Shown here: in pieces, positions 11,905 to 24,192 of the stretch
How positions within the stretch are numbered: position 1 is the stretch's first letter
Layout of the letters: the number at the start of each line of letters is the position of its first letter
DNA from: the human T2T-CHM13v2.0 reference genome, Homo sapiens
NCBI RefSeq assembly: GCF_009914755.1
Contig: NC_060930.1
DNA length: 64,000 bases
Strand: one strand, 5' to 3'
Position numbers and translations under genes: made by a program
The notes under the pieces: generated by a model
What the model was told of the DNA's origin: nothing
Database searches by the model: none
Seen by the model: the letters and a program-made list of their open reading frames with translations, nothing else

Positions 11905-12127
11905 CTGGCTCAAAGGACTGGTTTTGGATTTGTGATCAGGACACTGAGTTCGAGTCCCAGTTCTGATCATCTGAGCTCTGCCTCTAGCTCAGCCTGTATG
12001 GCCCCAGTGTCATTAAACCATTTGTCTTATCTACTTTATGGGACTGATGGGAGGATAAAATGAGATAATAATACACATGAAAGAACCTTGTTAAAGAATA
12101 AAGCGCTATGCACATGTTAGTTATTAT
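11905..12127 (+). mobile_element. MIR
   Basis: TCAGGACACTGAGTTCGAGTCCCAGTTCTG...GAGGATAAAATGAGATAATA...AAAGCGCTATGCACATGTTAGTTATTATT. Confidence 0.7.
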
Positions 12128-12857
12128 TTCAGAAACCAAAGTTAACAAGAGATAAAAATCTTAAATCTGGGAGGAATTTTTCTATGGAGCTAGTTGGCAG
12201 GTCACTTCTTTTTCTCATTTCTTCTTTGTTTGCATCTCAGAGAATTAGCAACCAGATAGGAAGGAAATGCCATTATTAGAATGTGGGCTGCCTGAGTGGT
12301 GGGGAGGTGCCAGCCGAGGCATTTTTAACAGTGTGGCTTCCAGGGCTCTGATTTGCATACTTGCAGCTGTCTAGCCCACTGATGACCACATATACACCCA
12401 AGTGATATGTGTATCTATATTATGCTTCAGTTTGCCAAGGCATCTTTGATTTTTATCTTCAGGTTCATTCTTTTGGGTAAAGGCATCAACTTCAAACAAA
12501 TAAACAGATAGCTCAGAATAGTGCTTAGGTGTGTTCAGAGGAAAAATCTCTTAGAGAGAGTGGGCATCAGCAGACCAGGCTTTGCCACTAATATTCGTAT
12601 TGTCCTAGCTGCGAGAGGCCACGCCTTGCATCTGATAGGAACTGGCAAGTAGCTCAGTAGGTTGTATTTTGAGAAATCCATCTTAGAAATTTCTTATTTG
12701 AAAATTAAAATGGCGCACACACATACATACATATATATACATATATTTTTTTTTCCTCTCTCTCTCTCTCTTAAATTTCCAGTCTTTTCTGTTTGTCCAC
12801 CAACAAATAGGTGTTTGCCAATTGGTTTTTCATCAATATTCTTCAAGTGTTTCTCGA

Positions 12858-13030
12858 AGAGTGGTCCATTAAAAGTCCACCTTTAAGAGAATCGCCTGGC
12901 GCGTTTATTACAAATTCAGACCCCCTTTTTTGGACCCATCAAATGAGCCTATCTGAAGGAGGGGCCCTGGAATCTGCATTCCCAAAAAACTTCCCAGGAA
13001 GACATCAAGCACACTCAAGTTTAGGTCCCC
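12858..13030. mobile_element. MER5-family MITE (hAT-Charlie)
   Basis: AGAATCGCCTGG...AAATTCAGA...GGGGCCCTGGAATCTGCATT...CCCAGG...GCACACTCAAGTTT. Confidence 0.75.
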
Positions 13031-13408
13031 TTTTGTGAAGATTGTCTACAAGGGTTTGGTAGTTCTATTGCTATTTCTCTCAGGTTAAGTTTCTGGGCCA
13101 AGACTCTTGATTTCATTTTGGGCAGCTGGACCAGCTCATCCTGGTTACACATCCCTGTTGAGCTTTGGGAGATCCTTCACCAATTTTTATATTGCTCTCG
13201 TTGGCCTGAATATCACTGTTCTTTCCAGACAGGACAGAAGCAAAGCCGGAGTTGGAGAGCTCCACTTTCATTTTGTCATCCTCCAAATGTACAGAATCGA
13301 CAACAGCCTCAGACCCCTCTCAGATTGTGTAGTTGGTCCCATCCTACCACAATATACCCTCCTTTAACTCTTACATTGTCACTAGCCTCACTCAGTGTGG
13401 ATCAGGAT

Positions 13409-13524
13409 CAGGGTGACCAACGGTCCTTTTTTTTTTTTTCGGACTCTCCCAATTATAGCATTGAAAGTTCCATGCCCCAAGAGTCCCCTCAGTCCCAAGC
13501 AAACTGGAATGGTGGGCCACCCTG
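13409..13524. mobile_element. MER81 (hAT-Blackjack MITE)
   Basis: TIRs CAGGGTGACCA...TGGGCCACCCTG; body TAGCATTGAAAGTTCC...CCCCTCAGTCCC..GCAAAC.GG. Confidence 0.85.
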
Positions 13525-16500
13525 TCAGGGAGGATATTGCCCTCCTTGACACTCTCTTTCCTGTTAAGCCAAACTTGTATTTTCATGTTTGATTTAATGT
13601 TCATCTTTTGTACCTATCTCTTACATATTCCCCTGAGAGCTTCCTGAGCAAAAATACGGGTTTATTCAACTGAATGATTATTTTTATTAAAGCAGGTAGA
13701 GACGTTGCTTGACTTCTGTTGAATGAAGGAATACTCAGGACTCCCCACTAAACATCCTGGGGGTAGAAGCAAAGCTGCTCCAGGATTTGGCTGCATTTTA
13801 GTCCCCTGACTTTCTGCATCCAGCAACGCATCAGCTGTTTTGCTTTCCTTGTCTTTTAGTAGGGTTATCCCCTTAACATCTTAGGATATTTTGTGTCATT
13901 CTCTTAGTCAAAAGTAGGATCAATGTGGCTAGGATTTGCCTGCAGGTAGGAATGGAACCCAAACATCAAGCCAGCTAGGCCTTATGGCGATGCTTAACAA
14001 GACATCAAGCACTCACAAGAAGACCCAAATATTGCCAAGTTTATCCCATGCCTTCTACTAATACACCCCTCCCTGTGCCTCTTTCTCTGACCTTCTGATG
14101 TGGGTGGTTCTAATATCATTTGGGGAGGAGACTGAAAACAGAAGACTATTGCCTTGAGGTAAGGAAGGGAATGTCTTGAGATTTGTATTTGTCTTGGTCA
14201 AAATGTACACATTTCCAGCAGACTTGGGACATTATGTTATCTGTCTCCTCTGTGGTTCTTTGGTTTCAAATGGATAGAAAGGTCTCACAAATTACTTCAA
14301 GCCAATTCCACTTTTGTCCATACACCCAGCACTTCTATTATCATGGCTGCAAGGCAATCTGAAGACTCCAAGATAGGTCAGTAGAAAAGAGGGGAATGTC
14401 AGTATGTAGAAAGCCAACTCTAGGACTGGCCTCCAAGGAGGAGGGCTGATTAAATGTCATAGTGACATGGCCGAACTGAGATTGAATGTGTGTTGATGAA
14501 AACATCCTAAGATACCAACATGGTGGCTGAAACTCCGCAGCAAAAGGATCTGGGCAGAGGCATATTCTTCGTCTGGAGGGTGGGTGCCTCTGTGTCTAGG
14601 CACTTTTGTCTGTTAGCAGCAAAACCCGAGCCAGTAGGGAGGCGTATGGTGAAGAGTCTCCTGAACCTAGGCTATGTTAATAGGCCTGGATAGAATGTTG
14701 TGTTTTTCAAAATCATGAATTTCTAACACTCCACCAGCTGCTTATCATCGCTACAGGTTCCTAAGGGACAGGGGCAAGGGGAAGACGCTCTATTTCTGAC
14801 TCAGGTTCTGGCCATAATTACCCATAGTCTTCCCTATGGCAGTGGGCTGGGTCATGTATGAACTGTAAGGACCCCATATTTCTCCTCTAATCCAAGACCT
14901 AGATTAAAGTCAGGACACTTTGACATATCACTCTGACATGAGGATGCACACAAAAAGAACCCAAGAGAAAGAGAAATTGGCCAGGTTCATGCCCATTTAT
15001 TCTCCTCCCATCCAAAGCTTCACTGCCTAGGACTGAGATTGACTCTGTTCTGAGACTCCATGATTTCAGAACTTTTCCTCTTGGAAGCAGACAGAGAGTG
15101 AGGGGATTGAAGAAGCCACTTAGAGAAGAGAAGCCTTGAACTATTTCTACAGGTGAGGGTATCAGTAACACTGTTAGGGTTTAGACCTGCGTCAGTGGGC
15201 TGTGATTCAGAGCAGGGCATTCACCCCCATGGAAGTAATGGGATATGGAGTAGCAATGATTGAGAGGAAGAGGCTAAGTTTAGTGACTTGGTGGACACAT
15301 AATGATCACCTAATTCCTATGAGCCATCAGCTTGTATGATGATCCAAACTAACTCCAAACATGCCTATTGATTAGGATAGGATTTCTAATTTACTGCCCG
15401 GCTTCAGCTGGCTCAGGGCTACAGTAGGTCTGAGGTGTTAATGAAGGGTGTTCAGTTCCTACAGGGCATGAGGCTGAGGCAGAAGAAAGAGTTATAGTAC
15501 CTCCAGAAAGATGCTGTATGCTCTCTTTCTCCACTAGGAAGACCTACATCAGTTTTTTGTAGCTTACCTGCTTAACCCTCAGGGTGGATGGAGAAAAGAA
15601 AGAGTAATCTGTAGTGATTCTGCAATGACATCCCTGATATACCTGGGAGAGAGTCAGATTTTCATACTGCAGCAGGACCTTCTGAAATTAAATGCTCATT
15701 GCAGACCCCGGTATGTCTTTGACTAGTTGTTACCCAGCTATTCTGGTATGTTGTTTGAACATATTGGTTTCTTGACTAAACTTATTTCGTTTAATACATT
15801 TTAACAATATGCAACAATCGGTTTGACACTGGTTTGGACAATCAGAAGGGATGCAAAGATCAAATGGAACGGGTGCCACCTCCAATCAGCATGCTATCAA
15901 TAGCCTGTCCAATCAAAACAGAAGCTGAGCAGAAGCAACCAATGCATCCACATAAGCTCAGACCAGCTGAGGAGCAGCCCAGTCCAGATGAATGCTTGGA
16001 ATAATTAATTCCAAAGGAAGCCTTCTACTAGAAAGAGTTTCAAAAAGTATGATAGACTTGTTGAGTTTGTGGTTCTGTAAGTCCTTACAAGAGCTTTCTT
16101 GAGGCAAGGCTTGTCTTAGCATATTGCATGGCTTTATGTAGTGAAATATCTTCATGGAGGGTAAGGCAGCAGCTGAAGTTTGGCCGCTGGCCACAACTCT
16201 TCCGCTGCGGACTTGTGAGCAAATGTGTATATGGGATGGAGGCAGAAACAGAAAGATATATGCCAAGATTGTGCTTGAATTCCCTGGAGACGGCTTGGAG
16301 GCTGATACACTGACATTCAAATGTGTGCACTCACACGGCACTCTATGCTGGTTAGTGCTGCCTGGGTAAAGGGAGCTGGGCCCAGGCAGAGCTAGCGGCA
16401 GTCAAAGGCATTGTTCATTGTGTTGTGAGTGACATGAAATCCACCATTTGACAGCTAGCCCACATAGCTGTGGTGATAGGAAAGGCTCACTTTAGATCAT

Positions 16501-18604
16501 GCATTCCACTGCTGTGCATGGATTAATATGGCTTTGAAAGGGCTTTTCTTTCTTTCTTTCAAACTTAATACGGGAGTATATGAGGAAGAACATGGTAGCA
16601 ATTAGCTGCTGCTATGAATTTTATGAGCAGTTTGCTAGAAACCACATTAATGACTCCATGGGTAGTGCAGAGATCAGTTTTGTTATATTATTTTTTCTCT
16701 TTTTCACCCCTTTCCCTCTTAAAAGACCAGCCTGAAACTGCAGGATGGTGTCAGGCAGATGGTCCTAATAGACAAGGTTTTCTTTTCCAGGATAGGTAGC
16801 CCAACACAACCCTACCTTGGATCTTGTACTGAGTCTGCTGGTGGGTCCAGCCCTGTTTCTAACCCTGCAGCATTATAAAGATGGGAAGTAATCTGGCATT
16901 GGTTCTGACAGGTGGAGCAAGACTCTTGCAGGAAATGTCCACAGGGAAGTTGCTACCAAGGAGGGAAAAAAGAAAATCCTGAGTGTTTCTCAATGTTAGC
17001 AATGGGAATAAGAATAAAATGTGGGCATTAGCTAGGAAAAAAATGGAAACAAATAGTCTTTATATATTCTCAGGAAGCATGGAGATGGTTTCTAAAATAT
17101 TTCCCCAGAAGCCAAGGGAAAGGGTGGGTATTGGATAAAGGGACTGGATGCAGGAAGCAAACAGGGCACAGCTTCCTGGGAATGTGTGATGAAGCCAACT
17201 GAGGTCTGTATTCAAAAACGGTTTCAATGTTTGGGTCTGGAATCTTGAAAGAAACAAAAATAAGTTTGTGACCAAGTCACAAGCCTTGATCAAGTCCCGA
17301 GAGAAGCACCTGTAAACACAAAGCAAATTAGGTGCAGTCTCAGCCACAAGAGTGAATCAGCAAGCAGGGGAGGTTAAATGGAAAAACAAAATCAAAACAA
17401 AACAAAAACAAGCAAGAAATAACCTCATTCTGCTAGAGAAAAAAAAATAGACACAGGGAGGGTTGCAGCATAGCTTTTACTTCCGATTCTTTTCTCCAAC
17501 ATGAAAAGTTGACAACCAAGAGCTCTGGAAGTAGAGCCAAGAAGGTAAACTGAGGCCTTTTCTGCAATTAGACATGGGATAGGCCCTCTGTGATGAGAGA
17601 CGTAGGAATATCAGGCTCTTGAGAACAAGCACTTGCAAATCTTTGAACTGAAAATTATGGCTTTATCTCCAGGAAGCTCTTTGGCTTTTGACTCAAGCAG
17701 AGATTCAGATGGACTATAAATGGTAAGCTATGGATCGATGACATAATGGCACCTCATTAACATATTTTTCCCTAAAACATACAAAATGAAAGTGATTGGT
17801 TAGTGCTAGTAATTTCAGATGTTTTCATGAAGTGGTATCTTTTGGACTGATATGAAGTAGAAAATTCATGACAATAACTCTAGGGAGGTTTGAATCTCTA
17901 ATTCGCTTGGATCCCAGGCACATCTGCTTCTTGGCAGTTTGTTTGAATGATGGGAATGATACCATCAAATATCATCTGAGAGAAACATGATTAAATGGCC
18001 TGTTTCCTGACATTTCCTGATGAAAACATTGTTTTAGCTCAGACATGAATATTTTAATAATAGAGAACTAGACTCTTAATAAACTTGGCTCCTTGGAAAC
18101 ATTCCCCCTTTTAAAGACTTTTTGATGTAGTTTGGGACTTTTTAGAATGGGCCGTCTTATAAAATTTTGATGCCTCAGCTAAATTTTGTCAGATTTGAAG
18201 GAGGCTATAACAAACGTGTGTAAGAGTTTAAAAAGTATCATTGGTTTAAAATCTAATCAGTGAAATCCAAATGTAAATGTGATTTTAAACATAATCACCC
18301 TCCACCTCCTCTCAAATAAAGCAAAATCAAACACAAGGTCAGTTTTAATAGAAAAAATAACTTGTGGTGGGTGCATGCGCTCTCATTTTATTTTGTTTTT
18401 TTTTTTTAAACTGTGCTTGTATGTTATATAAACTCTTTTTGATATCCTTCACAAAGAAAAAAGTTAAAAAAATTAACTTGTTGGAACTGTAAGCTAAACC
18501 TCCCTCCTACACGAACATACACAAACTCACACACACACGCACTTAGTTAGTATTAGTCAAATCCTCATAAAATTTTGAGTTCATGCCTCTACAATTTGAG
18601 TGAC

Positions 18605-18930
18605 ACAGAGTCATGAAAATAATGAGTTAGAAACCAGCAACTATGAGGGAAAGCTGAAGGCATTGGCGTCGTTTAACCTGGAGAAGACAAGGACCCGGTT
18701 GATCGGTTGATTTAATAATGGTCTCCCAGTTTATGGCGGGTTATTATGCAGAAGATGGTGTCCATCTGTTTTTCATTTCTAGTGAAGACAGAAAAAAACT
18801 GAGAGGCTAGAATTGCATCAGGGGAGATTAGAGTGAGAGATGAAGAAGGTCTTGTTTGATAGGGTTGCGAGACTGGAATGAACAACCAAGGAGGATTATG
18901 AAATCCCCATCTTTGGAATTCTTAAATTAA
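18605..18930 (+). mobile_element. L3/CR1 LINE 3' end
   Basis: Translates YEGKLKALASFNLEKTR (CR1 YEERLKELGLFSLEKRR) and later WN..PR...KSPSLEFL (CR1 WNRLPREVVESPSLEIFK). Confidence 0.8.
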
Positions 18931-20415
18931 TGTGATCTGCATGAATCGATGCGGTGGGATGGTTTTGTTATCTGCCTGCTAGCCAGCAGAGGGATGGCGG
19001 AGCCAATGATTCTGTAGGCCAAGTCTCCTGGTGCGCCATGATTCTTTGAGTTGAGTGTATTGCCTGTGGCAGGGAATCCAGTGTGCAGAGCCAGGAGCCT
19101 GCTGCCCTGTGGCAGGGCTGCTGCGTCTGTGCGCTGGGGTAAGCTGACACTTCACGTTCCTTTTGACTCAAATGGCTCCAAAGTCGTTTAGGATCTTTCT
19201 GACTGCCAACTGCCACCTTGAAATAGGAAAAGTATTTTAAACAAATCCTCCAGGACATGCAGGCAAAGTATGCATTTGCAGTACTCAGAATACATGGTCA
19301 CCGGACACCTCCTAGAGACAACTGAAAACTATTAGCACAGCAGGAAACCCCACGGAAAAAGAGGTGGGAAACAGGAAGATTTGGATATTAAACTTATCTC
19401 CTCCCTTTCTCATTTTGAGACATATTTTTGACACAAAGCTAAATTTTCTTGATGAGCAGATTTATTCCTCTCTCTCTCCCCCTCTTTCTTTCATTTTCCT
19501 TTCTTTTTCTTTCTCTCTTAAGTTCTTTCAAGCTTTTTTTTTTTTGCTTGAAAGCAAAATATCTCAAGTATGACAATTAAGTCTTATGGATGCTAGAGGT
19601 AAACCCTGAGAATTTGAAGGAGGCAATTAAAATTTTTTTGTGTGTGAAAAATAAAAGTCTGGTGCTTTGCTTTACTTATAAAAGGATACTCTTACTATGT
19701 CTGTTTTAAATATATTTCTTAAGGTGATGAAACGTCCCAGGGAACAGAGCTGTATGTGAAGAGATTTGTGTGGAAAGGAAGATTTTAGAAGTTTTTTTCA
19801 TCTTTCTTAACATCCTCCCGAAGCAGCCCAACCTCACACTTCAAAGGAGCAGAGCAGAACTTTTACCTAAGGGAGGCCTTGCCTCTCCCAGCAGGCTTGG
19901 TTTCCATACCATGGTTTTTCTGGAAATGTCCTCTTTCCATACGCTACCTCTGAGTCACGCCTCATTGAGAGTGATGATTATGATCTCTGGACGTTCGGAT
20001 GCTGCTGAGAATCGGGAGGATATTTTGAGCCGTGGAATTCGGGCTCTGCCACATGTTTGGATTAACAACCAGTTAAACCTTGCTAAGGCAATATTTTTCT
20101 ATGCAGTTAGTTTTTATACCAAACAAGGTTTGTAGTAATTGGATGCCCTACTTGAGCAAAACTGTTTACCAGAAAATAAATCACTCCTGGCATTAAGAAA
20201 ACACAAGCCCAGGGATTCGCCAGCGCAGCATCATCCCGTTCATTTCTCATAAAACTAGCCCCAAACATGTGCATTCTCATCTATGATGACTTATGCTTTG
20301 AATTGTGGTCTCTTTATTTCCATGCCCATTATAATGCTTACCTAAACATTTCCCTCTGTTTAGCTGCGGTGCTTCTGGTAATGACTTCTATTTGGCTGCT
20401 GGGAAGCATTTGCCA

Positions 20416-20655
20416 GGAGAGAGAGAGAGAGAGAGAGAAGAGAGGAAGGTGGGGGGAGAGAGAGAGAGACAGAGAGAGAAGGAGAGAGAGAGGGGGAGAA
20501 AGAGAGAAGGGAGGGGGAAAGAGAGGGGGAGAGAAAAAGAGGAGGAGAGAGAGTGACGGGGGGAGGAGGTGGGGAGAAAAAGGGGGAGACAGAGAGGTAT
20601 AGAGAAGAGGGAGGGAGAGAGAGAAGGGAAGAAGGGATAGCAGAAAAAAAAGAGG
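20416..20655 (+). repeat. ~240-bp GA-rich polypurine tract
   Basis: Almost only G and A on the + strand. Confidence 0.95.
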
Positions 20656-21221
20656 CATACTTTTTTCATAACTGGCCATTGAATTACAGATTATTAAAAT
20701 TTAAAACAACTTCAGGTTATCTAATGTACTTTCTGTGACTGGTAGATGAGGTCAGGAGGAGCATGACTGGCCCTAGGTGACATAGGAGGCAGAAAGGTGG
20801 GCTGTGAGCTCTCTTGACCTTTGCTCTGTCCTGACCCTCCTACCACCCCCCAGTAGTCTTCTTTTTCTCTGGAGATCTTGGATACCTAAAGAGGAATTTT
20901 AACAAGTAAGCTAGGTAGGCCATGCTGTCTTAGGAAGAGAGGATGGAACCGAGCTCCAGCTAGAGGTTTTTCCATCATGATAACTATGAGAGTCAGCAGG
21001 TCCCAAGAAGCAGGACCACATGCTGGTGTGTGGTTGTGCCTCTTATAAATGGTCCTGCTCAAATTCTGGCAGTCACTTAAAGCCAGTCAACCATGTTTGA
21101 GGAAGTGATTAACAATGCAAATGTCAGGGCAAAACAAGAAAATGATCAAAACATGTGAGATTTTCAGACTTTGAGCATTTTGGTGAAATTCTTATAGAAA
21201 ATGGAAGACCAGCCTCCCCTT

Positions 21222-21584
21222 TCCTGTGGTCTGAATGTTTGTATCTCCCCAAAATTCACATGTTGAAATTCTAATCCCCAGGGTGGTGGTAATAGGATAT
21301 GGGGCCTTTGGAAGGTGACTAGGTCATGATGGTGGAGCCCTCATGAATGGGATTAGTGCCCTTATAAAAGAGACCTCAGAGAGCTTGCTTGCCCCTTCCA
21401 CCATGTGAGAACACATGGAGAAGGTGCCATTGATGAACCAGATAGTGGGACCTCAGACCCCAAATCTGCTAGTACCTTGATCTTGAACTTCCCAGCCTAC
21501 AGGACCATGAAAAATCAATTTCTGATGTTTGTGATCTACCCAGTTTATGGCTTTGTTATATAGCAGCAAGAACGGCCTAAGACA
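21222..21584 (+). mobile_element. MLT1A-type MaLR solo LTR
   Basis: GGTCTGAATGTTTGT..CCCCAAAATTCA.ATGTTGAAA...GGAGCCCTCATGAATGGGATTAGTGCCCTTATAAAAGAG...CTAAGACA. Perfect 5-bp TSD CCCTT at 21217-21221 and 21585-21589. Confidence 0.92.
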
Positions 21585-23220
21585 CCCTTGAAAAATGACT
21601 TATTTATTCTATTGAGCTCAAGTCAAAGCTAATAGCTTTGGTCATTTGGAATGACTCTAATTTGCTTTCTACCAGTGGGAAGGCCTGATTCAAGTCAATT
21701 TTGTTCATAAGTCATAAATGCTTTAAAAGGGAAAATGCACCCCCCAAAAAATACAAAAAATTTATAATTTGCCTCCCTCATGGCTTCAGTTTTGACTTCA
21801 GTAGATTGAAGTATTTGTGGAATATTTACTGCTAATGTGTAGTTTTGACAATAGGACCAAATTCATGGTTTTGAGAGTACATAAAGAAGTTGCTAAGGAT
21901 AAGATTTAATCATTAATGAAGTGAACATATTTTTCCCTTCCAGTGAGACTTTTTTCTTCATTTTAACAGTGCATTGTAGTTTGTCAGAGGAACTGGGGTC
22001 ATGAACATAACTTCAAAGGCGTTTCCCCAGTTCACTTATTTCAATGATAAAGCCATTCACGTGGAACCATGTCTCGCTTGGATTCTAGTGTTGAAACCAC
22101 TTCTTCAGGTCCAATTTGCATAGTCTAGAAATTGCGTGAAAGCTGGGACAAAATTATTGAACCAACCACATTGTGTAGCATTCTTCTTTGCAAATTCTAG
22201 GTAATAGATACACTTTTGAAGAAGGAATCTATGAATGAAGGTCAGAATAAATCATTTTATTATGCAATATGCTTTAGATGTTCCTACTCCCATAACCATT
22301 AAACAGTAACACTCAGGTCCTTGCTGTGCATAAAGCAGTGTGAGAAACACAAAGTGCGACACACAGACCTGAATAATAGCACCCGGTCCCTTCCCTCAAG
22401 AGCTTGCACATTGCACAGGGCAGAGCCACTATTTTTTTTAGCCTTTTCCTCTTGGTGACATCATGGGTCTGGTCAGACCATGAGGCCTGCAAGACTTGGC
22501 TCCATACCCTTCTCTCTACCTTTTCGCCAACTTCCTATGTCAAAGCACCTGGCAGGATAACTGCAATGGATGGTTGGGTTTCTTAACCTATTTGACCATT
22601 ACTGAATGGTAATTCAGTAATGAATTACCTGAATATTACTAGGGGAAATCATATGAAATCTAAATTTTTGTAGGTTAGAAACAGTCAACTATTGACAATT
22701 TCATATGGTTCAATCAAATATTTAGCATGTTGTATGGAGTGAATAATTCGCAAGCTTTTGAAAGTGCTTTTAGGTTTTTCCAAGAATTCATCCCCTAAGA
22801 CTCTCTCAGCCAGACAGGCTGAGTGTCAGAGGCTGATTCCTCCTTAGGTTGATTGTTTCTGGGAGGTGAGAAGTGATGAGGTTTGGTTAATTCCAGCTGA
22901 GGTGCCCTGAACTGGGTTGCTTTTAGTAGGAAAGGTACTTTCAAAACCCGTTGTTTGCTGAAACAATCTGATTTGTGTAAATACATCATAAGAATTTCAT
23001 AGTATATAATAAATACAACTATGTGAAAAGGTTTAAATAGCTCAAAATGACGTGACTTTGTAAGGCCCTGTTTTCACTGTAATATCTTCTGTTTAAACTC
23101 ATGTTTCTTAGTGCTGGGTTTGAATAGCACAAACTGATTTCATTTGTATTTTAAACATCCATTAAAAAAAAGAACTCAAGTAATGGATTAATCACGTAGA
23201 TATTAAACCAAAAAATGAAA

Positions 23221-23248
23221 AGGAGGAGGAGGAGGAGGAGGAGGAGGA
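23221..23248. repeat. (GGA)9 microsatellite
   Basis: Directly visible. Confidence 0.95.
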
Positions 23249-23465
23249 ATGAAAGAACATTTAAACCTCTGTGACCCCACCATAGAAAGGGCTGCTTTTA
23301 ATATTTTGCCAAAGATTCTTCTAGACTTTTTTCCAAATAGGTACTATTTGGAAAATGCAAATATTCTTGGGAAGCTGAGGGGAAACTATTAATCATGCAT
23401 AATTTACTTGGAATTGATTTAATCAAATGTTTTTAGAACTGGAAGTGACTAAAAATAATGTAGAC

Positions 23466-23678
23466 CAGTCCTCAACCAGGGGTATTTTACCCCACAGGTG
23501 ATATTCGGTAATGTCTGGGGACATGTTTGTTTGTCACAACTTAGGGATGATCCTGGCATCTACTGGGCAGAAATCAAGGACGCTGCTAACACGTTGTACA
23601 AACAACACACATGACGGCTCCCACAACAAATAATTATTGGGTCACGAATGTCAGTAGTGCCGAGGGTGAGAAAGCTTG
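23466..23678. mobile_element. MER20 (hAT-Charlie)
   Basis: CTCAACCAGGGG...AATGTCTGG.GACAT..TT..TTGTCACAACT...CTGGCATCTA.TGGG.AGA...CCCACAACAAA.AATTAT...AATGTCA.TAGTGCCGAGG. Degenerate 8-bp TSD ATGTAGAC/TTTTAGAC. Confidence 0.88.
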
Positions 23679-24081
23679 TTTTAGACCAGCATCCTTATTT
23701 TCCGAGTAAAAAGTCCAGGGCTAGAAGATGGTTTGCACAAAGTCAATCAGTCAATTGGTGGTAGAAGAGAGATGAGAACCTTTGTCACTTCTGCCCTGTC
23801 CGGGGCTATTTTCACTGCACTGGGACAAATGGAAATTTTGGTAGCCAAAGAGGGGCTCAGGAAAGCATGAGAGTATAATTCTAAAACAGGGCTCTGGGGG
23901 GAAGATAGATCTAGGTATTGAGGGGACAGGGCCTGCAAACAGAAGGAGAAATTAAATAGGTAGGAGTACAGTGAGATCATTAGGAGAAAGTTTTAGAGGA
24001 GGCCCAAAAAGAGCAATGGAGCTCTATCCCTAGCAAATATGACTTGCTAAGCAAGTTTATATGGATGTTTCCATGGTGTTT

Positions 24082-24192
24082 GTATGATCACCTCTTCCCA
24101 GTTTGCTTGGAACTGTCTCATTTTAATACTGAAAGTCCCATATTCTGGGAGCCTCCTCAGTTCTGGGCAAACCAGGATGGTTGTTCATCCTG
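24082..24192. mobile_element. MER81, second copy
   Basis: CCCAGTTTGCTTGGAACTGTC...TACTGAAAGTCCC...CCTCAGTTCTGGGCAAACCAGGATGGTTG.TCATCCT. Confidence 0.8.

Noticed and set aside
20267-20738. Overlapping ORFs with RE/G- or L/S/P-rich peptides
   Set aside because: Translations of the GA low-complexity tract.
21991-22033. GAACTGGGG...CCCCAGTTC hairpin as pre-miRNA
   Set aside because: Only a 9-bp stem; pairing does not extend to pre-miRNA length, and such stems are expected by chance in 64 kb.
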